Shown here piece after piece: positions 30,701-41,581 of a DNA stretch of 64,000 bases. The number at the start of each line of letters is the position of its first letter. The stretch's first letter is position 1. Below the pieces are notes generated by a model. The model was not told the DNA's origin, ran no database searches, and saw nothing but the letters and a program-made list of their open reading frames with translations. This DNA is from a plasmid. The DNA lies in the sequence record CP113993.1. One strand, given 5' to 3'. The translations under genes were made by a program, and so were the position numbers.

Positions 30701-30899
30701 CTTTGAGGCGGGCGCAACGTCACTGAATCTGGTGCAACTGCACATTTTGTTACAACGTCACGAATTTTCCACCCTGACGTTGCTTGACCTCTTCACCCAT
30801 CCTTCTCCTGCCGCCCTGGCCGATTATCTGGCCGGCGTCGTCACGGTGGAGAAAACAAAACATCCTCGCCCTGTTCGCCGTCGTCAGCGGCGGATATAG
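24792..30899 (+). CDS. irp2: HMWP2 (Irp2) nonribosomal peptide synthetase: ArCP - Cy - A(Cys) - PCP - Cy - PCP
   Basis: Start [23 protein letters not shown] matches HMWP2. Condensation/cyclisation DxxxxD motifs, the adenylation core ([12 protein letters not shown]) and carrier-protein motifs (GGDSL) are present. AGGAGG ribosome-binding site. Confidence 0.95.
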   Translation: MISGAPSQDSLLPDNRHAADYQQLRERLIQELNLTPQQLHEESNLIQAGLDSIRLMRWLHWFRKNGYRLTLRELYAAPTLAAWNQLILSRSPENAEEETPPDESSWPNMTESTPFPLTPVQHAYLTGRMPGQTLGGVGCHLYQEFEGHCLTASQLEQAITALLQRHPMLHIAFRPDGQQIWLPQPYWNGVTVHDLRHNDAESRQPYLEALRQRLSHRLLRVEIGETFDFQLTLLPDNRHRLHVNIDLLIMDASSFTLFFDELNALLAGESLSAIDTRYDFRSYLLHQQKINQPLRDNARAYWLAKASTLPPAPVLPLTCEPATLREVRNTRRRMIVPATRWHAFSNRAGEYGVTPTMALATCFSAVLARWGGLTRLLLNITLFDRQPLHPSVGAMLADFTNILLLDTACDGDTVSNLARKNQLTFTEDWEHRHWSGVELLRELKRQQRYPHGAPVVFTSNLGRSLYSSRAESPLGEPEWGISQTPQVWIDHLAFEHHGEVWLQWDSNDALFPPALVETLFDAYCQLINQLCDDESAWQKPFADMMPARQRAIRERVNATGAPIPEGLLHEGIFRIALQQPQALAVTDMRYQWNYYELTDYARRCAGRLIECGVQPGDNVAITMSKGAGQLVAVLAVLLAGAVYVPVSLDQPAARREKIYADASVRLVLICQHDASAWSDDIPVLAWQQAIEAEPIANPVVRAPTQPAYIIYTSGSTGTPKGVVISHRGALNTCCDINTRYQVGPGDRVLALSALHFDLSVYDIFGVLRAGGVLVMVMENQRRDPHAWCELIQRHQVTLWNSVPALFDMLLTWCEGFADATPENLRAVMLSGDWIGLDLPARYRAFRPQGQFIAMGGATEASIWSNACEIHDVPAHWRSIPYGFPLTNQRYRVVDEWGRDCPDWVPGELWIGGIGVAEGYFNDPLRSEQQFLTHPDERWYRTGDLGCYWPDGTIEFLGRRDKQVKVGGYRIELGEIESALSQLAGVKQATVLAIGEKEKTLAAYVVPQGEAFCVTDHRDPALPQAWHTLAGTLPCCAISPEISAEQVADFLQHRLLKLKPGHTAGADPLPLMNSLAIQPRWQAVVERWLAFLVTQRRLKPAAEGYQVCAGEERKDEHPNFSGHDLTLSQILRGTRDELSLLNDAQWSPESLAFNHPASAPYIQELATICQQLAQSLQRPVRLLEVGTRTGRAAESLLVQLNAGQVEYVGLEQSQEMLLSARQRLVPRLGARLSPWNADTLAVHAHSADIIWLNNALHRLLPEDPGLLATLQQLAVPGALLYVMEFRQLTPSALLSTLLLTDGQPEALLHNSADWAALFSAAAFNCQHGDEVAGLQRFLVQCPDSQVRRDPRQLQAALAGRLPGWMVPQRIVFLDALPLTANGKIDYQALKRRHTPEAENQAEADLPQGDTEKQVAALWQQLLSTGNVTRETDFFQQGGDSLLATRLTGQLHQAGYEAQLSDLFNHPRLADFAATLRKIDVPVEQPFVHSPEDRYQPFALTDVQQAYLVGCQPGFALGGVGSHFFVEFEIADLDLTRLETVWNRLIARHDMLRAVVRDGQQQVLEQTPHWVIPAHTLHTPEEALRAREKLAHQVLNPEVWPVFDLQVGYVNGMPARLWLCLDNLLLDGLSMQILLAELEHGYRYPQQLPPPLPVTFRDYLQQPSLQSPNPDSLAWWQAQLDDIPPAPALPLRCLPQEVETPRFTRLNGALDSTRWHRLKKRAADAHLTPSAVLLSVWSTVLSAWSAQPEFTLNLTLFDRRPLHPQINQILGDFTSLMLLSWHPGESWLHSAQSLQQRLSQNLNHRDVSAIRVMRQLAQRQNVPAIPMPVVFTSALGFEQDNFLARRNLLKPVWGISQTPQVWLDHQVYESEGELRFNWDFVAALFPAGQVERQFEQYCALLNRMAEDESGWQLPLAALVPPVKFAGQCAERSPRVCPEHSQPHIAADESTVSLICDAFREVVGESVTPAENFFEAGATSLNLVQLHILLQRHEFSTLTLLDLFTHPSPAALADYLAGVVTVEKTKHPRPVRRRQRRI

Positions 30900-30986
30900 C
30901 GCGAAGCAAACTGATTTTCCCCAAAACGCCATCGCGAACGCATGGCGTGCCATTGACTTTGTGAATTTTAGGAAACGGGACCGATT

Positions 30987-33900
30987 ATGGATAACTTGCG
31001 CTTCTCTTCTGCGCCGACAGCAGATTCCATTGATGCATCGATCGCTCAACACTACCCGGACTGCGAACCTGTCGCGGTTATCGGCTACGCCTGCCATTTT
31101 CCTGAATCGCCGGATGGCGAAACGTTCTGGCAAAACCTGCTGGAAGGTCGTGAATGCAGCCGACGCTTTACGCGCGAAGAGCTTCTGGCCGTCGGTCTGG
31201 ATGCCGCCATCATTGACGATCCTCATTATGTCAATATCGGTACGGTGTTAGACAACGCCGACTGCTTCGACGCCACCCTGTTTGGCTATTCGCGACAGGA
31301 AGCGGAGTCGATGGACCCGCAGCAGCGCCTGTTTTTGCAGGCGGTCTGGCATGCGCTGGAACATGCCGGTTATGCCCCCGGTGCCGTCCCCCATAAGACC
31401 GGTGTTTTCGCCTCTTCCCGGATGAGTACCTACCCCGGTCGCGAAGCATTGAACGTAACAGAAGTCGCGCAGGTAAAGGGGCTGCAATCTCTGATGGGCA
31501 ATGATAAAGACTATATTGCCACCCGCGCCGCGTACAAACTCAACCTGCACGGCCCGGCGTTATCGGTACAGACCGCCTGCTCCAGCTCGCTGGTTGCCGT
31601 ACATCTGGCCTGTGAAAGCCTGCGCGCAGGCGAATCCGATATGGCGGTTGCCGGCGGCGTGGCGCTCTCTTTCCCCCAGCAGGCAGGCTATCGCTACCAG
31701 CCCGGAATGATTTTCTCTCCTGATGGTCACTGTCGTCCCTTTGACGCCTCGGCTGAGGGCACCTGGGCCGGTAACGGTCTCGGCTGCGTGGTGTTACGTC
31801 GCCTGAGAGACGCGCTGCTGTCAGGCGATCCGATTATCTCGGTGATCCTCTCCAGCGCGGTCAACAACGACGGCAACAGAAAGGTCGGCTATACCGCCCC
31901 TTCCGTCGCAGGGCAACAGGCGGTCATCGAAGAGGCGTTAATGCTGGCGGCCATCGACGACAGGCAGGTAGGTTACATTGAAACCCACGGTACCGGCACA
32001 CCGTTGGGCGACGCGATTGAAATTGAAGCGTTACGCAACGTCTATGCGCCTCGCCCGCAGGATGAGCGCTGTGCGCTCGGTTCCGTGAAAAGTAATATGG
32101 GGCATCTGGATACCGCGGCGGGCATTGCCGGACTGCTAAAAACCGTTCTGGCAGTCAGCCGCGGACAAATTCCACCCTTACTGAATTTTCACACCCCCAA
32201 CCCGGCGCTGAAACTTGAAGAGAGCCCCTTTACCATACCGGTGTCAGCGCAGGCGTGGCAGGACGAAATGCGTTATGCTGGCGTCTCCTCCTTTGGTATT
32301 GGCGGCACCAACTGCCATATGATCGTCGCCTCGCTGCCCGACGCGCTCAACGCGCGCCTCCCCAACACGGATGGCGGCAGAAAAAGTACCGCGTTGCTGC
32401 TCAGCGCCGCCAGCGACAGCGCGTTGCGGCGGCTGGCGACGGATTATGCCGGAGCGCTAAGGGATAATGCGGATGCCAGCTCTCTGGCCTTCACGGCCCT
32501 GCACGCGCGCCGTCTCGATCTTCCCTTCCGCCTGGCAGCGCCATTAAACCGTGAAACCGCTGCGGCGCTCAGTGCCTGGGCCGGTGAGAAATCGGGGGAG
32601 CTGGTTTACAGCGGCCACGGTGCCAGCGGCAAGCAGGTGTGGCTGTTTACCGGCCAGGGCTCGCACTGGCGCACTATGGGTCAGACAATGTACCGGCACT
32701 CAACGGCGTTTGCCGACACGCTGGATCGCTGTTTTTCCGCCTGTAGCGAAATGCTCACGCCGTCACTGCGCGAAGCGATGTTTAACCCCGATTCGGCGCA
32801 GCTGGACAATATGGCCTGGGCGCAGCCAGCGATTGTCGCGTTTGAAATCGCGATGGCGGCGCACTGGCGCGCTGAAGGACTGAAGCCAGATTTCGCCATT
32901 GGGCATTCCGTCGGTGAATTTGCCGCTGCCGTCGTCTGCGGACACTATACGATTGAACAGGTCATGCCACTGGTTTGTCGACGCGGAGCACTGATGCAGC
33001 AGTGCGCAAGCGGCGCAATGGTGGCGGTATTTGCAGACGAAGACACGCTGATGCCGCTGGCTCGTCAGTTTGAGCTGGATCTCGCCGCCAACAACGGTAC
33101 GCAACATACGGTATTTTCCGGGCCGGAAGCCCGTCTCGCGATATTTTGCGCCACGCTCTCGCAGCATGACATTGACTATCGTCGCCTGAGCGTAACCGGC
33201 GCGGCGCACTCCGCTTTACTGGAACCGATACTCGATCGGTTCCAGGCCGCCTGCGCGGGGCTGCACGCAGAGCCGGGGCAAATACCGATTATTTCCACGC
33301 TCACCGCCGACGTCATTGATGAGTCAACGCTCAACCAGGCGGATTACTGGCGCCGACACATGCGCCAGCCGGTGCGTTTTATCCAGAGTATCCAGATGGC
33401 GCATCAGCTCGGCGCCCGCGTTTTTCTGGAGATGGGACCTGATGCCCAGTTGGTTGCTTCCGGGCAGCGCGAATACCGCGATAACGCATACTGGATAGCC
33501 AGCGCCCGGCGTAACAAAGAGGCGAACGATGTCCTCAATCAGGCCCTGCTCCAGCTTTACGCTGCCGGCGTCGCCCTACCGTGGGCCAACCTACTGGCGG
33601 GCGATGGACAACGTATCGCTGCGCCATGTTATCCGTTTGATACTGAGCGTTACTGGAAAGAGCGCGTTTCCCCGGCCTGCGAGCCTGCCGATGCAGCACT
33701 GTCTGCCGGGCTGGAGGTGGCGAGTCGCGCCGCGGCAGCGCTCGACCACCCCCGTCTGGAAGCGCTTAAACAGTGCGCCACGCGACTGCACGCCATCTAC
33801 GTCGATCAACTGGTACAACGCTGTACCGGCGATGCCATTGAAAACGGTGTGGACGCCATGACCATCATGCGCCGTGGACGTCTGCTGCCCCGCTACCAGC

Positions 33901-36900
33901 AGCTACTCCAGCGCCTGCTGAATAACTGCGTGGTCGACGGCGATTACCGCTGCACCGACGGGCGATACGCTCGCGCCCGCCCCATTGAACATCAACAGCG
34001 GGAATCACTGCTGACGGAACTTGCCGGTTATTGTGAAGGTTTTCAGGCTATTCCCGACACCATCGCCCGTGCCGGCGATCGGTTATATGAAATGATGAGC
34101 GGCGCGGAAGAACCGGTGGCGATTATCTTCCCGCAAAGCGCCTCCGACGGCGTGGAGGTGTTGTATCAGGAATTCAGCTTTGGTCGCTATTTCAACCAAA
34201 TCGCCGCCGGGGTATTACGCGGCATTGTCCAGACGCGTCAGCCCCGCCAGCCATTGCGTATTCTTGAAGTTGGCGGCGGAACCGGCGGCACCACCGCGTG
34301 GCTGCTGCCGGAACTCAGCGGCGTTCCGGCGCTGGAGTACCATTTCACCGATATCTCGGCGCTGTTCACCCGCCGCGCCCAGCAGAAATTCGCCGACTAT
34401 GATTTTGTGAAGTATAGCGAGCTGGATCTCGAAAAAGAGGCGCAATCGCAGGGTTTCCTGGCACAGTCTTACGATCTCATTGTGGCGGCGAACGTGATTC
34501 ACGCCACCCGCCATATTGGCCGCACGCTCGATAATCTGCGCCCCCTGCTCAAGCCGGGCGGGCGTCTGCTGATGCGCGAAATTACCCAGCCAATGCGTCT
34601 GTTTGATTTCGTTTTCGGCCCGCTGGTTCTTCCGCTACAGGATCTCGACGCCCGCGAAGGTGAGTTATTCCTCACCACCGCTCAGTGGCAGCAACAGTGC
34701 CGCCACGCCGGATTCAGCAAAGTGGCGTGGCTACCGCAGGACGACAGCCCGACCGCCGGGATGAGCGAACATATCATTCTCGCCACGCTGCCCGGTCAGG
34801 CGGTTAGTGCCGTAACATTCACCGCACCATCAGAACCCGTGTTGGGGCAGGCGCTGACGGATAACGGTGACTATCTTGCCGACTGGTCTGATTGCGCAGG
34901 TCAGCCTGAACAGTTTAACGCCCGCTGTCAGGAGGCCTGGCGTCTGCTCTCACAGCGTCATGGCGACGCTCTGCCTGTGGAACCGCCCCTCGCCGCGGCC
35001 CCGGAGTGGCTGGGGGAGGTTCGCTTAAGCTGGCAAAACGAAGCCTTTTCCCGCGGTCAGATGCGCGTTGAAGCCCGTCATCCTGATGGTAAGTGGCTGC
35101 CGCTATCGCCCGCCGCGCCTCTTCCTGCACCGCAAACGCATTATCAATGGCGCTGGACGCCCCTCAACATCGCCAGCGCTGACCATCCGCTTACCTTCAA
35201 CTTCAGCGCCGGTATGCTTGCGCGCCGCGACGAGCTGGCGCAATACGGCATTATTCACGATCCGCACGCCTCTTCGCGACTGATGATTGTTGAGGAGAGC
35301 GAGGATACGCTGGCCTTAGCGGAGAAAGTGATAGCAGCGCTCACCGCCAGCGCAGCCGGATTGATTGTGGTCACTCGCCGCGCGTGGCGAGTCGAGGAAA
35401 ATGAAGCGCTCTCTGCGTCCCATCACGCGCTATGGGCCTTGCTTCGCGTCGCGGCCAACGAACAGCCGGAACGGTTGATTGCCGCCATCGATCTCGCCGA
35501 AAACACCCCGTGGGAAACGCTACATCAAGGGTTGAGCGCAGTCTCACTATCACAGCGCTGGCTTGCCGCGCGGGGTAACACCCTCTGGCTCCCTTCACTG
35601 GCGCCCAATACGGGATGCGCCGCCGAATTACCGGCAAACGTGTTTACCGGCGATAACCGCTGGCATCTGGTGACCGGAGCGTTTGGCGGATTAGGCCGTC
35701 TTGCCGTGAACTGGCTCAGAGAAAAAGGGGCGCGACGCATCGCCCTGCTGGCACCGCGCGTGGATGAGTCATGGCTACGCGATGTGGAGGGCGGGCAGAC
35801 GCGCGTCTGCCGTTGTGATGTGGGCGATACCGGGCAAATGACCACGGTTCTTGACGATCTGGCGGCCAACGGCGGCATTGCCGGAGCGATTCATGCCGCT
35901 GGCGTATTGGCTGACGCGCCCTTGCAGGAGCTTGATGACCACCAGCGGGCCGCCGTTTTTGCGGTAAAAGCGCAGGCGGCAAACCAACTGTTGCAAACCC
36001 TGCGCAACCACGACGGACGCTATCTTATTCTCTACTCTTCCGCTGCCGCCACCCTCGGCGCGCCGGGTCAGAGCGCCCATGCGCTGGCCTGCGGCTACCT
36101 GGACGGGCTGGCCCAGCAGTTTTCCACCCTTGATGCGCCGAAAACGCTCTCTGTCGCCTGGGGCGCATGGGGAGAAAGCGGTCGGGCGGCCACGCCGGAA
36201 ATGCTGGCGACGCTCGCCAACCGTGGTATGGGCGCGTTAAGCGATGCCGAAGGCTGCTGGCACCTGGAACAGGCGGTGATGCGCGGCACCCCGTGGCGAC
36301 TGGCGATGCGCGTTTTTACCGACAAAATGCCCCCGTTACAACAGGCTCTGTTTAACATCAGCGCCACAGAAAAAGCCGCCACGCCTGTCATTCCTCCTGC
36401 TGATGACAACGCCTTTAACGGCAGCCTGAGCGATGAAACGGCGGTGATGGCATGGCTGAAAAAGCGGATTGCGGTTCAGCTAAGGCTGAGCAATCCGGCA
36501 TCACTGCGCCCAAACCAGGATCTGTTACAACTCGGCATGGACTCGCTGCTCTTCCTTGAACTCAGTAGTGATATTCAGCACTACCTGGGCGTACGCATCA
36601 ATGCGGAACGGGCGTGGCAGGATCTGTCTCCTCATGGACTCACGCAGCTTATCTGTTCTAAGCCAGAGACGACGCCTGCCGCTTCGCAGCCGGAAGTGTT
36701 GCGGCACGACGCCGACGAGCGTTATGCGCCCTTCCCTTTGACGCCAATTCAGCACGCCTACTGGCTGGGGCGAACCCACCTCATTGGCTATGGCGGCGTC
36801 GCCTGTCACGTCCTGTTTGAGTGGGATAAACGCCACGATGAGTTTGATCTCGCTATACTGGAGAAAGCATGGAACCAGCTCATCGCTCGCCACGATATGT

Positions 36901-39900
36901 TGCGTATGGTGGTTGATGCCGACGGGCAGCAGCGAGTCCTGGCGACAACGCCTGAGTATCACATCCCTCGCGACGATCTGCGCGCGCTTTCCCCGGAAGA
37001 ACAGCGTATAGCGCTGGAAAAACGGCGGCATGAACTGAGCTATCGCGTTTTGCCTGCCGACCAGTGGCCTCTTTTTGAGCTGGTGGTCAGCAAAATCGAT
37101 GATTGCCATTACCGCCTGCACATGAACCTCGACCTTTTGCAGTTTGATGTGCAGAGTTTTAAAGTCATGATGGACGATCTGGCGCAAGTCTGGCGCGGCG
37201 AAACACTGGCGCCGCTCGATATCACCTTCCGTGATTATGTGATGGCTGAACAGGCACGCCGACAGACATCGGCATGGCACGATGCCTGGGATTACTGGCA
37301 GGAAAAACTGCCGCAACTGCCCTTAGCGCCAGAGCTGCCGGTGGTTGAAACACCCCCGGAAACGCCACACTTCACCACTTTCAAATCGACGATCGGCAAG
37401 AAAGAATGGCAGGCCGTGAAACAGCGCTGGCAGCAGCAAGGCGTCACACCGTCTGCCGCGCTGCTCACGTTGTTTGCCGCCACCCTTGAGCGCTGGAGCC
37501 GCACCACGGCATTTACGCTGAACCTGACGTTCTTCAATCGTCAGCCGATCCATCCGCAAATCAACCAGTTGATTGGTGATTTTACCTCCGTCACGCTGGT
37601 TGATTTTAACTTCTCAACGCCGGTGACGTTGCAAGAGCAGATGCAACAGACCCAACAGCGCCTCTGGCAAAACATGGCGCACAGTGAAATGAACGGTGTT
37701 GAGGTGATCCGTGAGCTGGGCCGCCTGCGCGGGTCACAACGTCAACCGCTGATGCCGGTGGTGTTTACCAGTATGCTGGGGATGACGCTGGAAGGCATGA
37801 CTATCGATCAGGCAATGAGCCATCTGTTCGGCGAACCCTGCTATGTGTTCACGCAAACGCCGCAGGTCTGGCTGGATCATCAGGTCATGGAGAGCGACGG
37901 CGAGTTGATGTTTAGCTGGTACTGCATGGACAACGTGCTGGAACCCGGCGCTGCCGAGGCAATGTTTAATGACTATTGCGCTATCCTGCAAGCCGTCATT
38001 GCCGCTCCTGAAAGCCTGAAGACTCTCGCCAGCGGCATCGCCGGGCACATTCCCCGTCGACGCTGGCCGCTGAACGCACAGACAGACTACGACCTGCGGG
38101 ATATTGAGCAGGCGACGCTCGAATACCCCGGCATCCGGCAGACCAGAGCGGAAATAGCCGAACAAGGTGCGTTGACGCTGGATATCGTGATGGTCGATGA
38201 TCCGTCGCCATCAGCGGCGACGCCCGATGAGCACGATCTCGCCCAGCTGGCGCTGGCGCTGCCGTTGCCTGCGCAGGTGCAGCTTGATGAACTGGAGGCG
38301 ACCTGGCGCTGGCTGGAGGCGCGTGCGCTACAGGGGATCGCGGCTACGCTAAATCGTCACGGCCTGTTTACCACGCCGGAGATCGCCCATCGCTTTAGCG
38401 CAATAGTACAGGCGCTGTCCGCGCAAGCATCTCACCAGCGTCTGCTGCGCCAGTGGCTACAGTGTCTGACGGAAAGAGAGTGGTTAATCCGCGAGGGTGA
38501 AAGCTGGCGCTGCCGCGTTCCGCTCAGCGAGATTCCTGAGCCTCAGGAAGCGTGCCCGCAAAGCCAATGGAGCCAGGCGCTGGCGCAGTATCTGGAAACC
38601 TGCATCGCCCGGCACGACGCCCTCTTCTCCGGGCAGTGTTCACCGCTGGAATTGCTGTTCAACGAGCAGCATCGCGTGACCGACGCGCTGTATCGCGACA
38701 ACCCCGCCAGCGCCTGTCTGAATCGCTATATCGCGCAGATTGCCGCCTTGTGCGGCGCAGAACGGATTCTGGAGGTTGGCGCCGGAACCGCAGCCACTAC
38801 CGCGCCGGTACTGCAGGCCACGCGGAACACGCGGCAGTCGTACCACTTCACGGACGTCTCCGCACAGTTCCTCAATGACGCCAGAGCCCGTTTCCATGAT
38901 GAATCGCGGGTGTCTTATGCCTTATTCGACATCAACCAGCCGCTGGATTTCACCGCCCACCCGGAGGCGGGTTACGACCTGATCGTTGCCGTCAATGTGC
39001 TCCACGACGCCAGCCATGTCGTCCAGACGTTGCGCAGATTAAAACTGTTGCTGAAAGCCGGCGGACGTTTGCTGATCGTTGAAGCGACGGAGCGAAACAG
39101 CGTATTCCAGCTGGCGAGCGTGGGCTTTATTGAGGGATTAAGCGGATACCGCGATTTCCGCCGCCGGGATGAGAAACCGATGCTCACCCGCTCCGCATGG
39201 CAGGAGGTTCTCGTTCAGGCCGGGTTTACAAACGAGCTGGCGTGGCCCACGCAGGAATCGTCGCCGCTGCGCCAGCATCTGCTGCTGGCGCGTTCGCCTG
39301 GCGTAAATCGCCCGAATAAAGAAGCCGTGAGCCGCTATTTACAGCAGCGCTTTGGCACCGGTCTGCCCGTTTTACAGATCCGGCAAAGAGAAACGTTATT
39401 TACGCCGCAGCATGCCCCGTCTGATGCGCTGATTGAGCCACCCAAACCCACGCCAGTTGCCGGGGGGAATCCGGCGCTGGAAAAACAGGTGGCTGAACTC
39501 TGGCAATCGCTGCTGTCTCGCCCCGTGGCAAGGCATCACGACTTTTTCGAACTGGGCGGCGACAGCCTGATGGCGACAAGGATGGTCGCGCAGCTAAACC
39601 GGAGAGGGATTGCCAGGGCTAACCTTCAGGATCTGTTCAGCCATTCGACGCTGAGCGACTTCTGCGCCCATCTACAGGCGGCTACGTCAGGAGAGGACAA
39701 CCCGGTTCCCCTTTGTCAGGGCGACGGCGAGGAAACCCTGTTTGTCTTCCACGCTTCGGACGGCGATATCAGCGCCTGGCTACCGCTCGCCAGCGCGCTG
39801 AACAGGCGCGTTTTCGGCCTGCAAGCAAAATCGCCGCTGCGCTTTGCCACGCTTGACCAGATGATCGATGAGTATGTCGGGTGCATCCGTCGCCAGCAGC

Positions 39901-40484
39901 CTCACGGCCCTTATGTGCTGGCGGGTTGGTCGTATGGCGCGTTTCTCGCGGCGGGTGCCGCACAGCGCCTGTACGCCAAAGGCGAGCAGGTTCGCATGGT
40001 GTTAATCGATCCCGTGTGCCGACAGGATTTCTGTTGCGACAACCGGGCGGCCCTGCTGCGCCTGTTAGCCGAAGAACAAACGCCTCTGGCGCTACCCGAA
40101 CATTTCGACCAGCAGACGCCCGACAGCCAGCTTGCTGACTTTATCGGTCTCGCTAAAACGGCCGGTATGGTGTCGCAAAACCTGACGCTGCAAGCGGCAG
40201 AAACGTGGCTCGACAACATCGCGCATCTGCTGCGTTTACTGACTGAGCATACGCCGGGCGAAAGCGTTCCGGTCCCCTGTCTCATGGTGTATGCCGCCGG
40301 GAGACCCGCGCGCTGGACGCCAGCAGAAACCGAGTGGCAGGGCTGGATAAACAACGCCGACGGCTATGTGATTGAAGCCAGCCACTGGCAAATCATGATG
40401 GAAGCTCCCCACGTTCAGGCTTGTGCGCAACACATTACGCGCTGGCTTTGCGCAACCTCAACGCAATTGGAGAACACGTTATGA
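30987..40484 (+). CDS. irp1: HMWP1 (Irp1) hybrid PKS/NRPS: KS-AT-MT-KR-ACP-Cy-MT-PCP-TE
   Basis: 3165 aa, start MDNLRFSSAPTADSID. KS active site TACSSSL, AT GHSVGE, methyltransferase VGGGTGG, thioesterase GWSYGA. Collinear with Yersinia HMWP1. Confidence 0.95.
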   Translation: MDNLRFSSAPTADSIDASIAQHYPDCEPVAVIGYACHFPESPDGETFWQNLLEGRECSRRFTREELLAVGLDAAIIDDPHYVNIGTVLDNADCFDATLFGYSRQEAESMDPQQRLFLQAVWHALEHAGYAPGAVPHKTGVFASSRMSTYPGREALNVTEVAQVKGLQSLMGNDKDYIATRAAYKLNLHGPALSVQTACSSSLVAVHLACESLRAGESDMAVAGGVALSFPQQAGYRYQPGMIFSPDGHCRPFDASAEGTWAGNGLGCVVLRRLRDALLSGDPIISVILSSAVNNDGNRKVGYTAPSVAGQQAVIEEALMLAAIDDRQVGYIETHGTGTPLGDAIEIEALRNVYAPRPQDERCALGSVKSNMGHLDTAAGIAGLLKTVLAVSRGQIPPLLNFHTPNPALKLEESPFTIPVSAQAWQDEMRYAGVSSFGIGGTNCHMIVASLPDALNARLPNTDGGRKSTALLLSAASDSALRRLATDYAGALRDNADASSLAFTALHARRLDLPFRLAAPLNRETAAALSAWAGEKSGELVYSGHGASGKQVWLFTGQGSHWRTMGQTMYRHSTAFADTLDRCFSACSEMLTPSLREAMFNPDSAQLDNMAWAQPAIVAFEIAMAAHWRAEGLKPDFAIGHSVGEFAAAVVCGHYTIEQVMPLVCRRGALMQQCASGAMVAVFADEDTLMPLARQFELDLAANNGTQHTVFSGPEARLAIFCATLSQHDIDYRRLSVTGAAHSALLEPILDRFQAACAGLHAEPGQIPIISTLTADVIDESTLNQADYWRRHMRQPVRFIQSIQMAHQLGARVFLEMGPDAQLVASGQREYRDNAYWIASARRNKEANDVLNQALLQLYAAGVALPWANLLAGDGQRIAAPCYPFDTERYWKERVSPACEPADAALSAGLEVASRAAAALDHPRLEALKQCATRLHAIYVDQLVQRCTGDAIENGVDAMTIMRRGRLLPRYQQLLQRLLNNCVVDGDYRCTDGRYARARPIEHQQRESLLTELAGYCEGFQAIPDTIARAGDRLYEMMSGAEEPVAIIFPQSASDGVEVLYQEFSFGRYFNQIAAGVLRGIVQTRQPRQPLRILEVGGGTGGTTAWLLPELSGVPALEYHFTDISALFTRRAQQKFADYDFVKYSELDLEKEAQSQGFLAQSYDLIVAANVIHATRHIGRTLDNLRPLLKPGGRLLMREITQPMRLFDFVFGPLVLPLQDLDAREGELFLTTAQWQQQCRHAGFSKVAWLPQDDSPTAGMSEHIILATLPGQAVSAVTFTAPSEPVLGQALTDNGDYLADWSDCAGQPEQFNARCQEAWRLLSQRHGDALPVEPPLAAAPEWLGEVRLSWQNEAFSRGQMRVEARHPDGKWLPLSPAAPLPAPQTHYQWRWTPLNIASADHPLTFNFSAGMLARRDELAQYGIIHDPHASSRLMIVEESEDTLALAEKVIAALTASAAGLIVVTRRAWRVEENEALSASHHALWALLRVAANEQPERLIAAIDLAENTPWETLHQGLSAVSLSQRWLAARGNTLWLPSLAPNTGCAAELPANVFTGDNRWHLVTGAFGGLGRLAVNWLREKGARRIALLAPRVDESWLRDVEGGQTRVCRCDVGDTGQMTTVLDDLAANGGIAGAIHAAGVLADAPLQELDDHQRAAVFAVKAQAANQLLQTLRNHDGRYLILYSSAAATLGAPGQSAHALACGYLDGLAQQFSTLDAPKTLSVAWGAWGESGRAATPEMLATLANRGMGALSDAEGCWHLEQAVMRGTPWRLAMRVFTDKMPPLQQALFNISATEKAATPVIPPADDNAFNGSLSDETAVMAWLKKRIAVQLRLSNPASLRPNQDLLQLGMDSLLFLELSSDIQHYLGVRINAERAWQDLSPHGLTQLICSKPETTPAASQPEVLRHDADERYAPFPLTPIQHAYWLGRTHLIGYGGVACHVLFEWDKRHDEFDLAILEKAWNQLIARHDMLRMVVDADGQQRVLATTPEYHIPRDDLRALSPEEQRIALEKRRHELSYRVLPADQWPLFELVVSKIDDCHYRLHMNLDLLQFDVQSFKVMMDDLAQVWRGETLAPLDITFRDYVMAEQARRQTSAWHDAWDYWQEKLPQLPLAPELPVVETPPETPHFTTFKSTIGKKEWQAVKQRWQQQGVTPSAALLTLFAATLERWSRTTAFTLNLTFFNRQPIHPQINQLIGDFTSVTLVDFNFSTPVTLQEQMQQTQQRLWQNMAHSEMNGVEVIRELGRLRGSQRQPLMPVVFTSMLGMTLEGMTIDQAMSHLFGEPCYVFTQTPQVWLDHQVMESDGELMFSWYCMDNVLEPGAAEAMFNDYCAILQAVIAAPESLKTLASGIAGHIPRRRWPLNAQTDYDLRDIEQATLEYPGIRQTRAEIAEQGALTLDIVMVDDPSPSAATPDEHDLAQLALALPLPAQVQLDELEATWRWLEARALQGIAATLNRHGLFTTPEIAHRFSAIVQALSAQASHQRLLRQWLQCLTEREWLIREGESWRCRVPLSEIPEPQEACPQSQWSQALAQYLETCIARHDALFSGQCSPLELLFNEQHRVTDALYRDNPASACLNRYIAQIAALCGAERILEVGAGTAATTAPVLQATRNTRQSYHFTDVSAQFLNDARARFHDESRVSYALFDINQPLDFTAHPEAGYDLIVAVNVLHDASHVVQTLRRLKLLLKAGGRLLIVEATERNSVFQLASVGFIEGLSGYRDFRRRDEKPMLTRSAWQEVLVQAGFTNELAWPTQESSPLRQHLLLARSPGVNRPNKEAVSRYLQQRFGTGLPVLQIRQRETLFTPQHAPSDALIEPPKPTPVAGGNPALEKQVAELWQSLLSRPVARHHDFFELGGDSLMATRMVAQLNRRGIARANLQDLFSHSTLSDFCAHLQAATSGEDNPVPLCQGDGEETLFVFHASDGDISAWLPLASALNRRVFGLQAKSPLRFATLDQMIDEYVGCIRRQQPHGPYVLAGWSYGAFLAAGAAQRLYAKGEQVRMVLIDPVCRQDFCCDNRAALLRLLAEEQTPLALPEHFDQQTPDSQLADFIGLAKTAGMVSQNLTLQAAETWLDNIAHLLRLLTEHTPGESVPVPCLMVYAAGRPARWTPAETEWQGWINNADGYVIEASHWQIMMEAPHVQACAQHITRWLCATSTQLENTL

Positions 40485-41581
40485 TGCCGTCCGCCTCCCC
40501 AAAACAACGCGTACTGATTGTGGGCGCCAAATTTGGCGAAATGTACCTGAATGCCTTTATGCAGCCCCCGGAGGGGCTGGAACTGGTTGGCCTGCTGGCG
40601 CAAGGAAGCGCCCGTTCAAGAGAGCTGGCCCATGCGTTTGGCATTCCGCTGTATACCTCGCCGGAACAGATAACCAGAATGCCGGATATCGCCTGTATTG
40701 TCGTGCGTTCGACCGTCGCCGGAGGAACCGGTACGCAGCTTGCCAGACACTTTCTGGCGCGCGGCGTACACGTCATTCAGGAGCATCCTCTCCACCCGGA
40801 TGACATCAGTTCCTTACAAACGCTGGCGCAGGAACAGGGCTGCTGCTACTGGGTAAACACATTTTATCCGCATACGCGCGCGGGACGCACATGGCTTCGC
40901 GATGCGCAGCAACTGCGTCGCTGCCTGGCTAAAACGCCGCCGGTAGTCCACGCCACTACCAGCCGTCAGTTGCTCTACTCCACGCTGGATTTGTTGTTGC
41001 TGGCTCTGGGCGTTGATGCCGTCGCCGTGGAGTGCGACGTGGTTGGCAGCTTTGGCGATTTTCACTGTCTGAGACTCTTCTGGCCGAAGGGAGAAGCCTG
41101 CCTGCTGCTTCAGCGCTATCTCGATCCTGACGATCCAGATATGCATAGCCTTATCATGCACCGCCTGCTGCTGGGCTGGCCGGAAGGTCATCTTTCGCTG
41201 GAGGCGAGCTACGGCCCCGTCATCTGGTCATCCAGCCTGTTTGTCGCAGACCATCAGGAGAACGCTCACAGTCTCTATCGCAGACCGGAAATCCTGCGCG
41301 ATCCGCCGGGTCTGACGCGCAGCGCGGCCCCCCTGAGCTGGCATGACTGCTGCGAAACCGTCGGGCCGGAGGGTGTCAGCTGGTTGCTACACCAGTTGCG
41401 CAGCCATCTGGCGGGCGAACATCCACCAGCGGCCTGCCAAAGCGTACATCAGATCGCGTTATCACGTTTATGGCAGCAGATTCTACGTCAGACCGGCAAT
41501 GCGGAGATCAGACGCCTGACGCCGCCGCACCACGACCGGTTAGCCGGTTTCTACAACGATGATGATAAGGAGGCGCTGTGA
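40481..41581 (+). CDS. ybtU: YbtU (Irp3) thiazolinyl-S-HMWP1 reductase
   Basis: Start MMPSASPKQRVLIVGAKFGEMYL overlaps the irp1 stop (ATGA). Conserved HPI order. Confidence 0.9.
   Translation: MMPSASPKQRVLIVGAKFGEMYLNAFMQPPEGLELVGLLAQGSARSRELAHAFGIPLYTSPEQITRMPDIACIVVRSTVAGGTGTQLARHFLARGVHVIQEHPLHPDDISSLQTLAQEQGCCYWVNTFYPHTRAGRTWLRDAQQLRRCLAKTPPVVHATTSRQLLYSTLDLLLLALGVDAVAVECDVVGSFGDFHCLRLFWPKGEACLLLQRYLDPDDPDMHSLIMHRLLLGWPEGHLSLEASYGPVIWSSSLFVADHQENAHSLYRRPEILRDPPGLTRSAAPLSWHDCCETVGPEGVSWLLHQLRSHLAGEHPPAACQSVHQIALSRLWQQILRQTGNAEIRRLTPPHHDRLAGFYNDDDKEAL

Noticed and set aside
24774-40484. Dozens of 60-150-aa ORFs on both strands inside irp2 and irp1 (for example 25446..25817, 27515..28096, 35525..35878, 39911..40354)
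   Set aside because: They are embedded in a high-GC NRPS/PKS coding sequence with strong domain-level homology in the main frame. They are typical spurious open frames of GC-rich DNA.
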